A DNA stretch of 58,914 nt from Spirogloea muscicola (taxonomy: Eukaryota): NCBI GenBank assembly GCA_009602725.1, contig WELB01000011.1:349691-408604 (forward strand). The letters run 5' to 3'. The notes below the pieces were generated by a model. The model saw nothing but the letters and a program-made list of their open reading frames with translations. It was not told the DNA's origin and did no database searches. Shown here piece by piece: positions 1-10,971 of this stretch (positions are counted from its first letter, which is position 1; every line of letters begins with the position of its first letter). The position numbers and the translations under genes were made by a program.

Positions 1-163
1 GTACAGTGCAGACTGCTCATGAGTCAAAGTATGTCCAGTTCTTATTTGCTGGCCATGACAGCATAAGGTTGCTGGCAAGCAAGCCATCAGTCATAAATTG
101 AGGCACTTCGCTCAGCAGCTGCCTGTCACTACGCTAGCAGAGTTTGGTCAAGGTTGCAGATAC

Positions 164-1656
164 TTGCATGCAATCTGCAGGTGCCATAAGCGCACGCTCC
201 CATGGTAGATACACGCTGCTGGGAGACAGGAAAGCTTCCACTGCACATGAAAGATAGGCTCAAGTGACTCATTGCCAAGATTTTTGATTGCATCCAATTG
301 GTACAAAGAAGAAGAACTTTCACATGTCGTGATGGCACTCTTTAATTGAAGAGACGAACTCTCAAGAGCAATAGCTATGGCTAACAATGCACTCAAGCTT
401 GAGAGCAATGCGTGACTGTGATAGGGCCTTGGGCGTTACAGGGGCTCCTGGTCGACTGCTGCAAGAGCTCGCCACTGCTGCCTCGGATGTAGTACTCGCT
501 CTTGGCAGTCCCCACGAAAGCATATCGCCCCTTGATGACAGCAGCACCCCGGTATTGTTGGCGTCGGGCACGGCTGGCCAACCATGCAAGAGCAAGGGGA
601 AAGACATCTCCCACAGCCAGTATAAGCGCCGCCGGGTTCTCTTGCTTCCACCTCCTCACTGCACGCCACTGACAGGCAATTCCTTTGCTGCAGAGGCACA
701 TTGTGCGCTGTTCACAGTTGGAGGACTAGGCGCAGGCGGGCAGGTGCTGGTCGTGAGGTCTTACTTGGCCTACTGTGAGGGCGAGTAGCCCGGCCTGCAC
801 GTCACCCAGCAGCTGCTTCTGGTCCATGTAGAGAAACCTGAACGCCAACGAGAGCTGTGGTTGAGGGCCCTCTTCCTCTTCCTTTGACTTCACACTTCAC
901 TTCACAATTGATGTAATAACTGCGACTGATAACAGCAAGTGAGCTGTCCAGGAGGAAGATACCCGCCGCTCGGCATAGCCTTGGTCGGGCCGACGATGGG
1001 CATTCCAGCGCGCAGATAAGCAGTGCCCTCTCCCACGAGCGGCAAGGCGCTGATGTGAATGGCCTGCCTCTTCTCCTTGGCCAGCTTCTGCGCACGACCA
1101 TGGCACACAGCCAAAGACCTCAGCGCCAGCACAAGATCAAGCGCTAGAGGAGACACGATGCGTCCCGCAATGACTATCGTTCGCCGGGGTCGCCACGACC
1201 TGCAACTCCTGTAGGACGCTGACCGCGATGGTGTCCTCCCCGTGGCCGTTGCTGAGGCACAGCAGCTGCAGCGTCTCCACATGCTCACGCTGCGCCTCGT
1301 TCTGCGCGCAGGAGCTCGAGTCAAGCCCGCTCGTAGTGACAGCCAGAGCCCTTTGGCCGGACGAGCGCCTCAGCACCGCCTGCTCATCGAAGCTGAGCCG
1401 GAGTGCTACTATTGAAGCAAGGACGCTCAAGCTGCACTTCACGCGCTTGAGTTGCCGCGAGGCCGCGTCAAGGTCATGGCCGCCTCGGAGAGCATCGGCG
1501 GCAGCGGCGGCGGCGGCGTCGGCGGGGGCGGCGGCGGCCACGGAGGGCAGTCAGCTAGAGCCTGGGTGCTCCCAAGTACCTCGAGGCCGTCCTTGAGCTC
1601 AGCGTCGAGGCCAGCAGCCGGTTCCAGGGCACCGCGGCCAGAGCCGCGGCAGCCAT
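164..1656 (-). CDS. TIGR03492-family lipid-A-disaccharide-synthase-related protein (cyanobacterial type), spliced, 3' part runs off the window
   Basis: Exons joined at GT-AG sites (~1379-1200, 1087-963, 837-765, 668-440, 240-164) give LLCLSNGHGEDTIAVSVLQELQ / ALPLVGEGTAY..MPSGG / FLYMDQKQLLGDVQAGLL / AVGDVFPL..YAFVGTAKSEYY / SVYLPWERALM, the ordered signature blocks of cyanobacterial TIGR03492 proteins. Putative ATG at 1656 gives an Ala/Ser/Arg-rich leader (MAAAALAAVPWNRLLASTLSSRTASR). The 5' exon structure is uncertain. Confidence 0.8.
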
Positions 1657-1667
1657 GCGCCGCTCGC

Positions 1668-3410
1668 TTAGGCAGGCTCGCAGCCGCCGCCGCCGCCGCC
1701 GCCGCCGCCATCGCCCGCAGGGCCGTCCAGAGCCAGCGTAGGGCCCCGCGGCTGTGCCCGACCAACTTCGCCGCTGAACCCGCCACCGCCAGGCTCGGCG
1801 GGCTTCCCGCCCAGCTCCGCCAGAAAGGACTGGTACTCATCGTCCATCTTGTGGCCACCGCCGCGCCCGCCGGCCCCGCCCTTGACGGGGCAGTCAATTG
1901 TTGGGTGCCCGCCATCGCCGCAGATACGACACAGCACGTCCGACTTGAAGGTAGAATGACGGGCGGGGCAGTTGTACTGCCGGTGGCCCGGCTCGCCGCA
2001 GAGCCGACAGAACTCGTCATCTCTGATTGTGCCATTAAGCGCCGCAAGCTCTCGCAGCTGCATACGTTTGTGCTCGTTGCGCCCCTCCTCGACCGGGATC
2101 AGGAGCTTCGCCACCATGTCGGCAGCCTCCTCCATAGCATCCTGCGAATCCGCCTCCACAAGTACGTGCAGATCCTCGTTCTCGGACGGATCAGGCTTCA
2201 GGTCCCTACGGCCCTGCTGGTAAGCCTGTATAGAAGAAAGACATGAAAGGTAGACCCAGTATCAACGAACCGAAACTCGAGAGAATACTATGAACAGGTG
2301 CCAGTTGATGAGTCACCAGTGATCTCTGTACAGCCTTGCCACTAGCACCAGAACAACTTACGAGTAGCTGGGTAAAATGGGCGATTCAAGTGCAAAGCAG
2401 CCAATAAGGATACTTGGACCAGACTGTTGTCCCAGTGAATGGAGTCTTCAGTTCAAGCCTGGCCGTCATACCTGAGAGCGCCCCTCCTTGACAGATCCCT
2501 TTCCCCTGATGACGATCTTGGCCCCCGTCTCGCGCTCCATACGCTTCTGAGTATTGCCGCGCGGCCCGATGATAAGTCCGATGAAATTGTAGCCAGGGAA
2601 CTGGTTGACGGGAATGAAGAGCTTCTTGTAGAACTTGGGCGGCTTGTAGTCGGCGGGCGGCTTGAAGGAGGGGCTCTTCTTGATGAGCTCGGCAATCGTC
2701 TCCTGGCGCTCGCGCGTGAGGCGCTCGCGAGCGCGGTACTCGCGCGTGTTGATGCGGATGCCCATGTTGTCGTACACAGGCTCTGGCGATGGCGAGCGCG
2801 CGCCCTCGGGGCGGTCGTCCAGCACCTGGCCGGTCTGGAGCTTGCGGTTGATCTCCAGTAGGCGGATGTTGAGCGCCTGGACCTCTGGGTCGAGGTCGAC
2901 GCCGCCGGTGAGCTCCTTGACAAAGTCCGGCAGCTGGATCTTGGACAGGATCTCGGCGGACAGCTGGCTCGGGTTGGCCGGCTCCTCGGCCCACCGGGTC
3001 TTGCGCTTGCGGCCGGAGCCATCGCCGCCCTCGTTGCCATCCTCCTGCGGCTCCCACCGGCTCCGGCGCCGCCTCGCCGACCCCCCGTCGCCCACATCCG
3101 TGCCGGGGCCGTCCCCGGTGCCGCCGACGGTCGGAGTGCCCGCCGGCGTGGCCCCGGGCCCCTGATCGCTGTGGGCCCCGTTCTGGCCGGGCCACTCCGG
3201 CAACGCCGGCTGCTGGCGGTACGCTTCGCCTCCTTGCGGCTGCTGCTGCGGAGGCGGCGGGTGCTGCGGCGACGCCTGCTGCGACGGCGGCTGCTGCTGG
3301 TAGAACGCGGGCGCCTGGCCCGGCCAGCCCATGCCCTGGTGCTGCTGCTGCTGGAAGCCCTCGCTCTCCAGCCCGGCCAGGAAGCTCTCGGCGGCCGCCG
3401 CCGCCTCCAT
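1668..3410 (-). CDS. SF1: Splicing factor 1 / branchpoint-binding protein (SF1 helix-hairpin, KH-QUA2, two CCHC zinc knuckles), apparently C-terminally short
   Basis: Exon 3410-2472 ([49 protein letters not shown]) and exon 2225-1668 ([62 protein letters not shown]); GT-AG intron 2471-2226. Confidence 0.93.
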
Positions 3411-3445
3411 GGCGTGCCGCGCGGGCGGCCACCAATNCACAAGAG

Positions 3446-3615
3446 CTAGTCAATTGCCGTCCGGTATTCGAGCGTCAGCTAGCGACCTCTATGTGCTGAC
3501 TCGTGGTTACTGAGCGGGTCAGCTTAGCAGCAGGTGACGTACATTTGTCCAATGTGCTTGCCTTTGTACTTGGCCACACATGGCCTCCCCATCTCTTAAT
3601 ATACACGCATTTTCT
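3446..3615 (+). mobile_element. 3'-terminal fragment of RLE non-LTR retrotransposon, subfamily B
   Basis: Encodes QLPSGIRASASDLYVLTRGY* (stop 3513), then UTR gcgggtcagcttagcagcaggtga..., near-identical to copies at 34187-34320(-), 44340-44440(+) and 45811-45965(-). Confidence 0.8.
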
Positions 3616-3654
3616 ACTGGTAGAGTCTTTCTTCCTTCTATATGGCGGCTACGG

Positions 3655-3717
3655 GAGGGGAATTTCGTGTATTTGGAACAAACGTAGGCCAAATGGCCAA
3701 GTACCAAGGCAAGCACA
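3655..3717 (-). mobile_element. Inverted short 3'-UTR fragment, subfamily B variant
   Basis: Reverse complement resembles 34885-34950 (tgtacttggccatttggcctac..tttgtt..aatacacg); lies tail-to-tail with the 3446-3615 copy. Confidence 0.65.
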
Positions 3718-3749
3718 ACTAAAGATATACATAAGCTACAGCAGATTGA

Positions 3750-4010
3750 CCCGCGGAGACTGCGGCTATCATTGAGTCTGCAGCGCTCCCAGGTACTCGC
3801 GACTCACCAGCGTCTTGGTCGTGCATTAGCCCAGGCTAGTGGCTTCCGTGGTGGTGGTTTGGCTCCTCAGTATAGCTTGTCAGATATGCATGTGCTCACT
3901 CGGGGATATTTAGTGTCCCCCTTAGCCGGCTCATTACCCAGTTGACAGGACCTTTGTAAGGCTAGAATTGGCCTCTCTTTCAATTTCATGCGCACCGCGC
4001 GCCTTCTCTT
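3750..4010 (+). mobile_element. 3'-terminal fragment of RLE retrotransposon, subfamily C
   Basis: RLRLSLSLQRSQVLATHQRLGRALAQASGFRGGGLAPQYSLSDMHVLTRGYLVSPLAGSLPS*, followed by the terminal motif ttgtaaggctagaattggcctc..ttcatgcgcaccgcgcgccttctct. Confidence 0.8.
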
Positions 4011-4655
4011 CTATTTTGGGATAGCTAACAGTTGCTCACACTGGGGGGACACTGGCATGGCGTTCACACTTGCTCCTTCACGTCTGTCTTGATCTGAGGC
4101 CAGCAGAGTCACAGCGTGCTCATATCATGTGGAGTTAAAGACAAAGGGAGGTCTGCAATGAGCGGCAGTGTTGTGTGCATGCAATGAGCTGCGGCAGGCT
4201 CCCACAACATCAGCATCATCACACGAGCTCGGGGCATTGAGATCCCTGCAGGCAACATGGAGGTTCTACAAGAATTTTGAATGTATCACCCACATGTTGA
4301 GCAGCAACAATGGCCTCCTTGATCAGATGGACGCAAGAACGCGCCTTTGCGCGTAAATCACTGTTATTTTGTAGACTTCGACAGCGATTTTCTGCTCTCT
4401 TCTCTAACGACTGGCTGGCCCATGATTGATAGCGCTTGCCAAGATGGTGAGCAAATGGGGTCCATGACTACAGATGCCACAACATCAGTTTTGGGCCTAC
4501 AGATCGACCCCAAAATGCAGACACCACTCCAGAAACTCGCACTAATCAGCAAACTGCAAGTGTGGGCCCAGCTGTGCGTTCAGATGGGCAAAAAGAATAT
4601 TCAGAAGAAAGAAGAGGTGTAAGTGGCGTATAGGTGTCCAAGATTCGAAGAAACG

Positions 4656-7386
4656 TCACTCTAGGTACTTTTCTAGCTTCTCCACCTCCTCAATGCTTCC
4701 AATAAATAGCGGGACACGCTGATGGACCTGCGCATTGAACGAGGGCCAACAGATGTTCAAGTCAAGTAATGTAGGACATTGAAAACCATTTGTAAAAAGA
4801 GTTGATATACATCAGCTCCTACCACCTTACACGAGCTGGCACGAGGCTACTCGACTATGAAGGTTAGAGTCTCTGTGATGCTCTAGTGACACTGAGATAA
4901 CCATAGCTCATGGAGTAATGTAAGCTTGAGTATGGTGCAAGGCAATCAAGACATAACGTGGCAAGAAGTAGTGAGGCCGCTACGTATTCATCAAACAGAA
5001 TAGTAAGCACGATAGAGCTCGAAGCACTACCTTCTCCGGGATAATGTCAAGGATGCGCTTGTAGCCATCAGAGCCCTTGCCCCCGGCCTGCTCCACTAGG
5101 AAGCTCATCGGAGCGCACTCGTACAGCAATCGCAACTTTCCAGTCTTGTTTTTGCTATCGGGGGGATAGCCGTAGATGCCTCCGTACAGCAGTGTCCGGT
5201 GGAAGTCGCCCACTAGGCTGCCAATGTAGCGTGCAGAGTAGGGCTTGCCACTGGGACCAGGATCCTGCAAGCAAGGGCAACCAGAGGCAAGGTGTTGTGG
5301 TACAATGACGACAAGGTCTCCTTGCTGCATCGCATGCAATACGTGTTAGACATCTAGTATTATACCAGTGTGTTGCCAAGTGCTAGGTGCAATTGCAGCT
5401 CGTGGCTGACCCTTCTATGGCCCACGACCACAGCATGACAGCCTCACTCTGCGCGTGCACCCACTATTCTAGTCCTCAACCTGAAGCACGCATGCAGGGC
5501 AATGCAGGCAGGGCACAACCCTGAAACACTTGGACGGATTGGGCGCGGGCGCAGACACATCTCCAGCAGGTCACAGCTGTGACCAGCTGAACCGCGTTTG
5601 GACCATGGGACTGTTGGAGCAAAGTAGGGAGCAATAGCGACACTGATGTCTGAATGGGCTTTGCCAGGCAGGGCTGACCTTTAGGGAGTCGATGTACTTT
5701 TTCAACTTGTCACTCCACAGGGCGTAGTTGCCCTCGTTGAAAGAATAGATCTTGCCAGACTTGGGCACAGTAATGCGGTCGTGACTGAGCACAAACTCGC
5801 CATACATGGGGTCGAGAGTGAAGCCGTAGAGCCCATTGCCAACTGAGAGTACAAGGATGACGGAGCTGGAGTACATGCAATAACCTGCGGCCTGCAGGTT
5901 GCTGCCGGGCTGGCAGACATTGACAACGCACGCCTGCTCAATCTGGTCAAGCTGCAAGTAAAGGGAAGGAAAGGCACAGCCACTTTCAGCTTTTCAGGAC
6001 TCCAAGCTGAATGGTTGCACGAAGCATGTCTTGAGTTTGCCAAGCGATGCCTGGTTCACTGTGCCCTTATTGTCAGTAACAGAATGCTCACTGCCAGCTT
6101 AGGCTGTTACTGAAAATGAGAGAATAACGGTCTGTCCATTTTAACCGAGACATGTCCATCATGGCTAAAGCCAGCTCACTTCAGCTCATTGGAGGAAGGG
6201 AAGCTCACGCTTGGGTCGTCGCCCAGGTTCACAAAACAGCCTGAGTCATTCTCGGGCTTGAAGATGCCAAAGATGGAACCAGTGGAAACAGCGGCATCAA
6301 TGTTGGACGAGCCATCGAGCGGGTCAAACACAACAATGTATTCGCCGCCGTATGTCTCCTCCACTGCCACTGGCGTGTCCTCTTCCTCGGAGGCTATGAT
6401 GCCCGTGCGCCCGCTCGATCGTAAGGTGTTGGAGAAGACCTGCATTGCACACCCGAGGCCACTCACAAGGATCTCAGGATCTTATACTTACTGAAGCATG
6501 GCTTGGCTCATCACAGAGCTTCCATTGTGGGCTGTATGTCAGGTGCAAGTGGAGGAGAAGGCATGCATGAGCATCAAAAGCCTCACAATGGGGACACAAA
6601 GGTCGAGCATCGACCTCGTTGGAGATGACATCGAGCTTCTTCTGGTCCTCACCGGAAATATTTTGGGCGCCCTGAACACCTGCCAGAAGCCAAGTGGAGC
6701 TGGAGTCCGTGAGGTGCTCAAAGGCAAGCCCACATAAGTCACCCTCTCGTCAAAATCGGGAGACTAACCCGTCATGTTGGCAATGCCAGCACGCTGCACC
6801 AGCGATGCGATCTGCTTGCAGGCGGTCGCTATGGACGTGAGCACGATGACCATCTCGTTGTCGATCTGGCCCGCAATCTCCTGCCGCACGACCCAGTTGG
6901 TGAACGTCTGGATTTCGTACTGGCTGCGCTTGCGGGCCTCCTTGAGCTCCCCGGGCTGCACCGCCAGTGCCGCACGTGCCACGCCCGAGGCCTGCGCAGC
7001 CAGTGCCGCAGTGGACTGCAACATGAGACGGCTGAGAAGCTCCGCCGTAACGTACGAAGGCGATCCAGGCAGCTCCACGACAATGCAGCTAGCAGGCGCC
7101 GCTGGCGCATCGCCAACGTCGAGCTCAGCACGTGGCCATATGCCGCCATACGGCCACCATCCAACTCGCTGACGGCAATGCAGCCGCGGCCATGGCAAGA
7201 CGACCAGCCGCAACGACATCCAGCGATCGAGAGTGACGTTTCCGCCTCACCTTGCCGCCGCGCGGGCATAGCCGCACGCCGGAGGCCGCCCGCAGGCCGG
7301 CTGTGGAGCCGCTGAAGACGGCCGACAGCGCCGCGGCCGGAGAAGCCCGCCGGGCCGGCGGCGGGAGGCCAGCCGGTTGCCTGGCT
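4656..7386 (-). CDS. cpFBPase: Chloroplast fructose-1,6-bisphosphatase (redox-regulated type); start codon lies in the N gap
   Basis: Exons 7386-7251 (transit-peptide-like), 7015-6769, 6679-6615 ([13 protein letters not shown]), 6439-6209 ([11 protein letters not shown]), 5951-5679, 5264-5031 ([33 protein letters not shown]), 4727-4656. The regulatory insert [28 protein letters not shown] carries three Cys. Confidence 0.95.
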
Positions 7387-7653
7387 NNNNNNNNNNNNNN
7401 NNNNNNNNNNNNNNNNNNNNNNNNNNNNNNNNNNNNNNNNNNNNNNNNNNNNNNNNNNNNNNNNNNNNNNNNNNNNNNNNNNNNNNNNNNNNNNNNNNNN
7501 NNNNNNNNNNNNNNNNNNNNNNNNNNNNNNNNNNNNNNNNNNNNNNNNNNNNNNNNNNNNNNNNNNNNNNNNNNNNNNNNNNNNNNNNNNNNNNNNNNNN
7601 NNNNNNNNNNNNNNNNNNNNNNNNNNNNNNNNNNNNNNNNNNNNNNNNNNNNN

Positions 7654-7960
7654 AAGGGCGCGACCAGCGCGGCGGTGCAAAGCAAGCGCTTGGGAGCGCT
7701 GCAGGGACATAGACAGTCGCATACGGTAGCAGGACACCAGACCCAAAGGCACCGAGCCACCGGGAAGGGCAGCACCCTGCTCCCGGCGCCGCTGGTCAGC
7801 TTGAGAGGCCAGCAGCGAAAGTAACGAGGACCACCGACCCCCGTAACACCCATGGATGTCCATGGCCAGGGGGTAAAAGGCTTGGAGCGGGCGGAGTCGA
7901 TCTGCCGTACTGGGTATCCGTAAGCAGGGGCCGGGGTGGCGCCACGTGGCAGTGGCTGGT
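7654..7960 (-). mobile_element. RLE retrotransposon ORF fragment (subfamily G-like)
   Basis: FYPLAMDIHGCYGGRW...YRMRLSMSLQRSQALALHRRAGRAL; the last ~75 nt are nearly identical to 47063-47140. Confidence 0.75.
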
Positions 7961-8042
7961 GTCGGTTCACATTCGCCCTTCCGTTCGCCGCCCCAATCCA
8001 CTAAGCTTATTTCTAGTATTTGAGACTCACGGGCTTTCATCA

Positions 8043-8975
8043 GGAGAAGGCGCGCGGTGCGCATGAAACCGAAAGGGAGGCCCATTCTAGCCTTACATAT
8101 GTCCTGTTAATGGAGTAATGCGCTGGCTAAGGGGGAGGGATACTAATGTCCCCGAATGAGCACAAGGCATCGTCATCAAGGCATCGTTTGTTCCACTTCG
8201 ACTGCGGGACTACGGCCGCAGCGACCACGCTTGTCGTACGGCACGGGGTTGTTTAACAAAAGAGAAGAAACAGCATTCCCAATGTATATTGAATATGCCT
8301 ATGGAAGTAATCTGTTCCAACGTGTAAAGTGGGGGCGATGGCTGTGAGAGGCCAGCACCGTTACATGAGCAAGGTCTGAAGGAACCGGAATAGCACATTG
8401 TACTCGGGACTGTTCTCTGTGACTTTGTGGATGGACTTTGTGGACGCTCAACAAGCCAAGAGTGGATGCGAGCGGTGCGCAAAATCTGAAAAGGAGGCCA
8501 CATGAAGCCAACACTGCTCTGGGAATACACTCTTCAGGCAAGCGATAGTGCAAAGAGAGAAGGCGCGCGGAGCGCATGAAATGAAAGGGAGGCCAATTCA
8601 AGCCAACACATTGTTCAGGCAAAGTCTAGTGCAAATTAAACAAGGCTACATAACACGGAGACCTAAATAAAGAACGGGGCTGCACGAGCCCTATGCTATA
8701 CTATGTCCCATGCCCCGTTACCAGGACTTTGTAAGGCTCGAAGTGGCCTCCCTATCATTTCATGAGCACCGCGCGCCTTTCTCTATGTCAAGGGCCTAAC
8801 AGGGGGAAGAAATACTCAGAGGGTTGCATCTGCACCTGACGCGGGCAACGGGGAGCCTCCACTGGGGGGCACCTGCTGACCAACATACCTTTTGGTTTAT
8901 TACCCAGTTACCAGGGCATTTGTAAGGCTAGAATTGGCCTCCCTTCCAATTTCATGCGCACAGCGCGCCTTCCCC
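8043..8975. mobile_element. Cluster of five 60-120 bp 3'-terminal retro-fragments (8043-8155 -, 8460-8554 -, 8555-8650 -, 8712-8785 +, 8898-8975 +)
   Basis: Each carries a variant of ggcctccc..ttcatgcgcaccgcgcgcctt or its reverse complement. Confidence 0.75.
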
Positions 8976-9689
8976 CCCCTTTGGACTGACCTTTCACAAA
9001 GAGACAGCTCTTTGAATGTCTCTTAAAGCAAAGGCTGTGAGAGGGCACAGCCTCGCCCCTTCTGAAGAGCAGCTCCTCACAGCCATCACTTTATATATAG
9101 GAGCTACTCCTTGCAGTCGCCGCTCCTGCGCCCGCTTCCATGTTGGCTCTTGCCACGTCTCTCACTGCGGCTTCCACCGTTGGGGCTCCACGAGGAGATC
9201 ACCGTTGGGCGCCCAGGCGTTGACGAGCCCAGGTCCCGGGCTGGGATCGCTCGGGCCCAACTTCGGCCTCATGATACTCTGGGACAGCAGCCCATCAACA
9301 AACATTTTCGCTCTACGCAGGTCAGTGGTCAATTAGCAATCTCAAGGTCGACTCGCCCAATTTGCCGATGCTTGTGGCAGGGACAGATGGCCAACAACGT
9401 GTCGACGTGCTTTCAAGTTGCGGCTCTCTGCTCTCAATTGATAAGTAGCACTCATGACCGGTCCTTTTTGCCTTGAATGTGAGAGGATTCTCAGTATTAC
9501 TTTATGAGATTTGACTTAAGCTTCACAAGCTGGTCTGCATTGCTCTGCAGCTGTTGCACTCTTTTCGAGGGCCAAACTCAAACACACAAGCAACAGTGAA
9601 CATGCAAGCATATGTCGCAGAAGGCAGGCCAAGATGTCCCACCTGCTGCTTGCTTGAGGACAAAGGCAAAGTCATGGGAGAGCCTTTCG

Positions 9690-9895
9690 TCTTGGCGGAT
9701 AGTTTCCGGCAGCTCGTCTGTCGGATCTGAGGCTACTCACTCGTAACTACTGAGTGATCCATCCTCCCCCTGTTCTGACATAGCATCTTCAGGCCCCTTT
9801 GTAGCTACTAAAAGCTTGTAGGCCCCTCCGAACCTTTGTCAATTCTTTTTGGGCTGGCTTTTCGCAGCCCTTGCCCCCATTGGGAGTGCCACTTC
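9690..9895 (+). mobile_element. Retro-fragments: ORF end plus shared 3'-UTR motif
   Basis: FPAARLSDLRLLTRNY* (stop 9753), then ctttgtcaattctttttgggctggcttttcgcagcccttgcccc. Confidence 0.65.
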
Positions 9896-10309
9896 TCTCT
9901 CTCGTAAAAACTGTGGTGGGGCCCAAAGCTGATACATGATCAGTTAAAAACCTGCACATAGAACAATGTCCACTTGGTAACCCTGAATTGAGCCTAGTGA
10001 GTGGGCTTGTTCCTTGTCGACTAAGACAGCCCACAGATGACAGGATAGTGGAAGCGGCTTCGGGTGAGAGAAGTAGCTCCCTTCAAGGGGGCAGCGGCCT
10101 TGAGCGGCCAGCCCAAATAGGAAAGAGAAAACGCGCAGTGCATACTGACATGAGATTGTGGCCAAGCCGATGTTATTAAGGAAAAAGTCAAGCGTTCAGC
10201 AAAGGAAGTGCAAGAATGGGACTCACTTAAGCAATAGACTGGGGTTTAAAATGCACGTAACGAGGATCAAGCCAGCTGCGGGATCACCGTCGGCAAGCCC
10301 TCAGAGAGA

Positions 10310-10640
10310 AGAAAGTGCCCGCCCATTGAGAAGAGGGGTTGGCAAAGCCAACCCAAAAAGAATAGACAAACTGCAAAGCCAAAGAAAGAAGCGCCGAAAA
10401 AGGACTACACTACGAAGTGCAAGACGGTGCAGAGTGAGAGAAGGCGCGCGGTGCGCATGAATATGGATGGGAGGCCAGTTCCAGCCTTACACAAGTCCGC
10501 TGAGAGAAGGCGCACGCGGTGCGCATGAAATAGAAAGGGAGGCCATATCTAGCCTTACAAAAATGTCCTGTTAACTTGGTAAAGAGCTGGCTAAGGGGGA
10601 CACTAAATATCCCCGAGCGAGCACATGCATATCTGACAAG
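10310..10640 (-). mobile_element. Three head-to-tail 3' retro-fragments (subfamily E 10310-10432; terminal motif 10435-10495; subfamily C 10502-10640)
   Basis: 10310-10432 matches 58380-58500; 10502-10640 encodes LSDMHVLARGYLVSPLASSLPS* followed by the terminal motif. Confidence 0.75.
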
Positions 10641-10971
10641 CAGAGGGGAATGGAACCCGGCACAAGGTTACTGCGAACGGGAGATGGGCGACGCCTTTCT
10701 GTTAACTGTTGAGTCCCGGCAGCAACGACGGCGTCGAGACGTTGGTGGGNCAACTGTTGTGCTGATAGAAGCGCACCGCCGGCGGCTGCGGTTCTGAGAG
10801 GCTGGCGCTCTGAGCGGCTGTTGCGGTGGCGGCGGCGGCGGCGGCGGCCGCGGCGGCGGCGGCGGCGGCGGCGATTAGTGGCGCTTGAGGTCCAGTAGAG
10901 GCGAGGAAGATTGTGGTGCGGGACGAGCCCGGACGTGCGCGCCTGCGCCACAGGCTCCGCCTGCCGCCACC

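Noticed and set aside
1452..2246. 264-aa plus-strand ORF and similar long GC-rich ORFs (24316-25786, 15513-16350, 33411-34016)
   Set aside because: They are antisense or off-frame shadows of real exons or GC-rich 5'/ncRNA regions, with no recognisable domains.
3411..3446. Retro-fragment apparently only 35 bp from the SF1 start codon
   Set aside because: An N at 3437 marks a possible contig join, so the distance is unreliable.
8043..10640. Recurrent ~55-nt motif as a CRISPR-like array
   Set aside because: Spacing is irregular, both orientations occur, no cas genes are present, and the motif directly follows retro-ORF stop codons.
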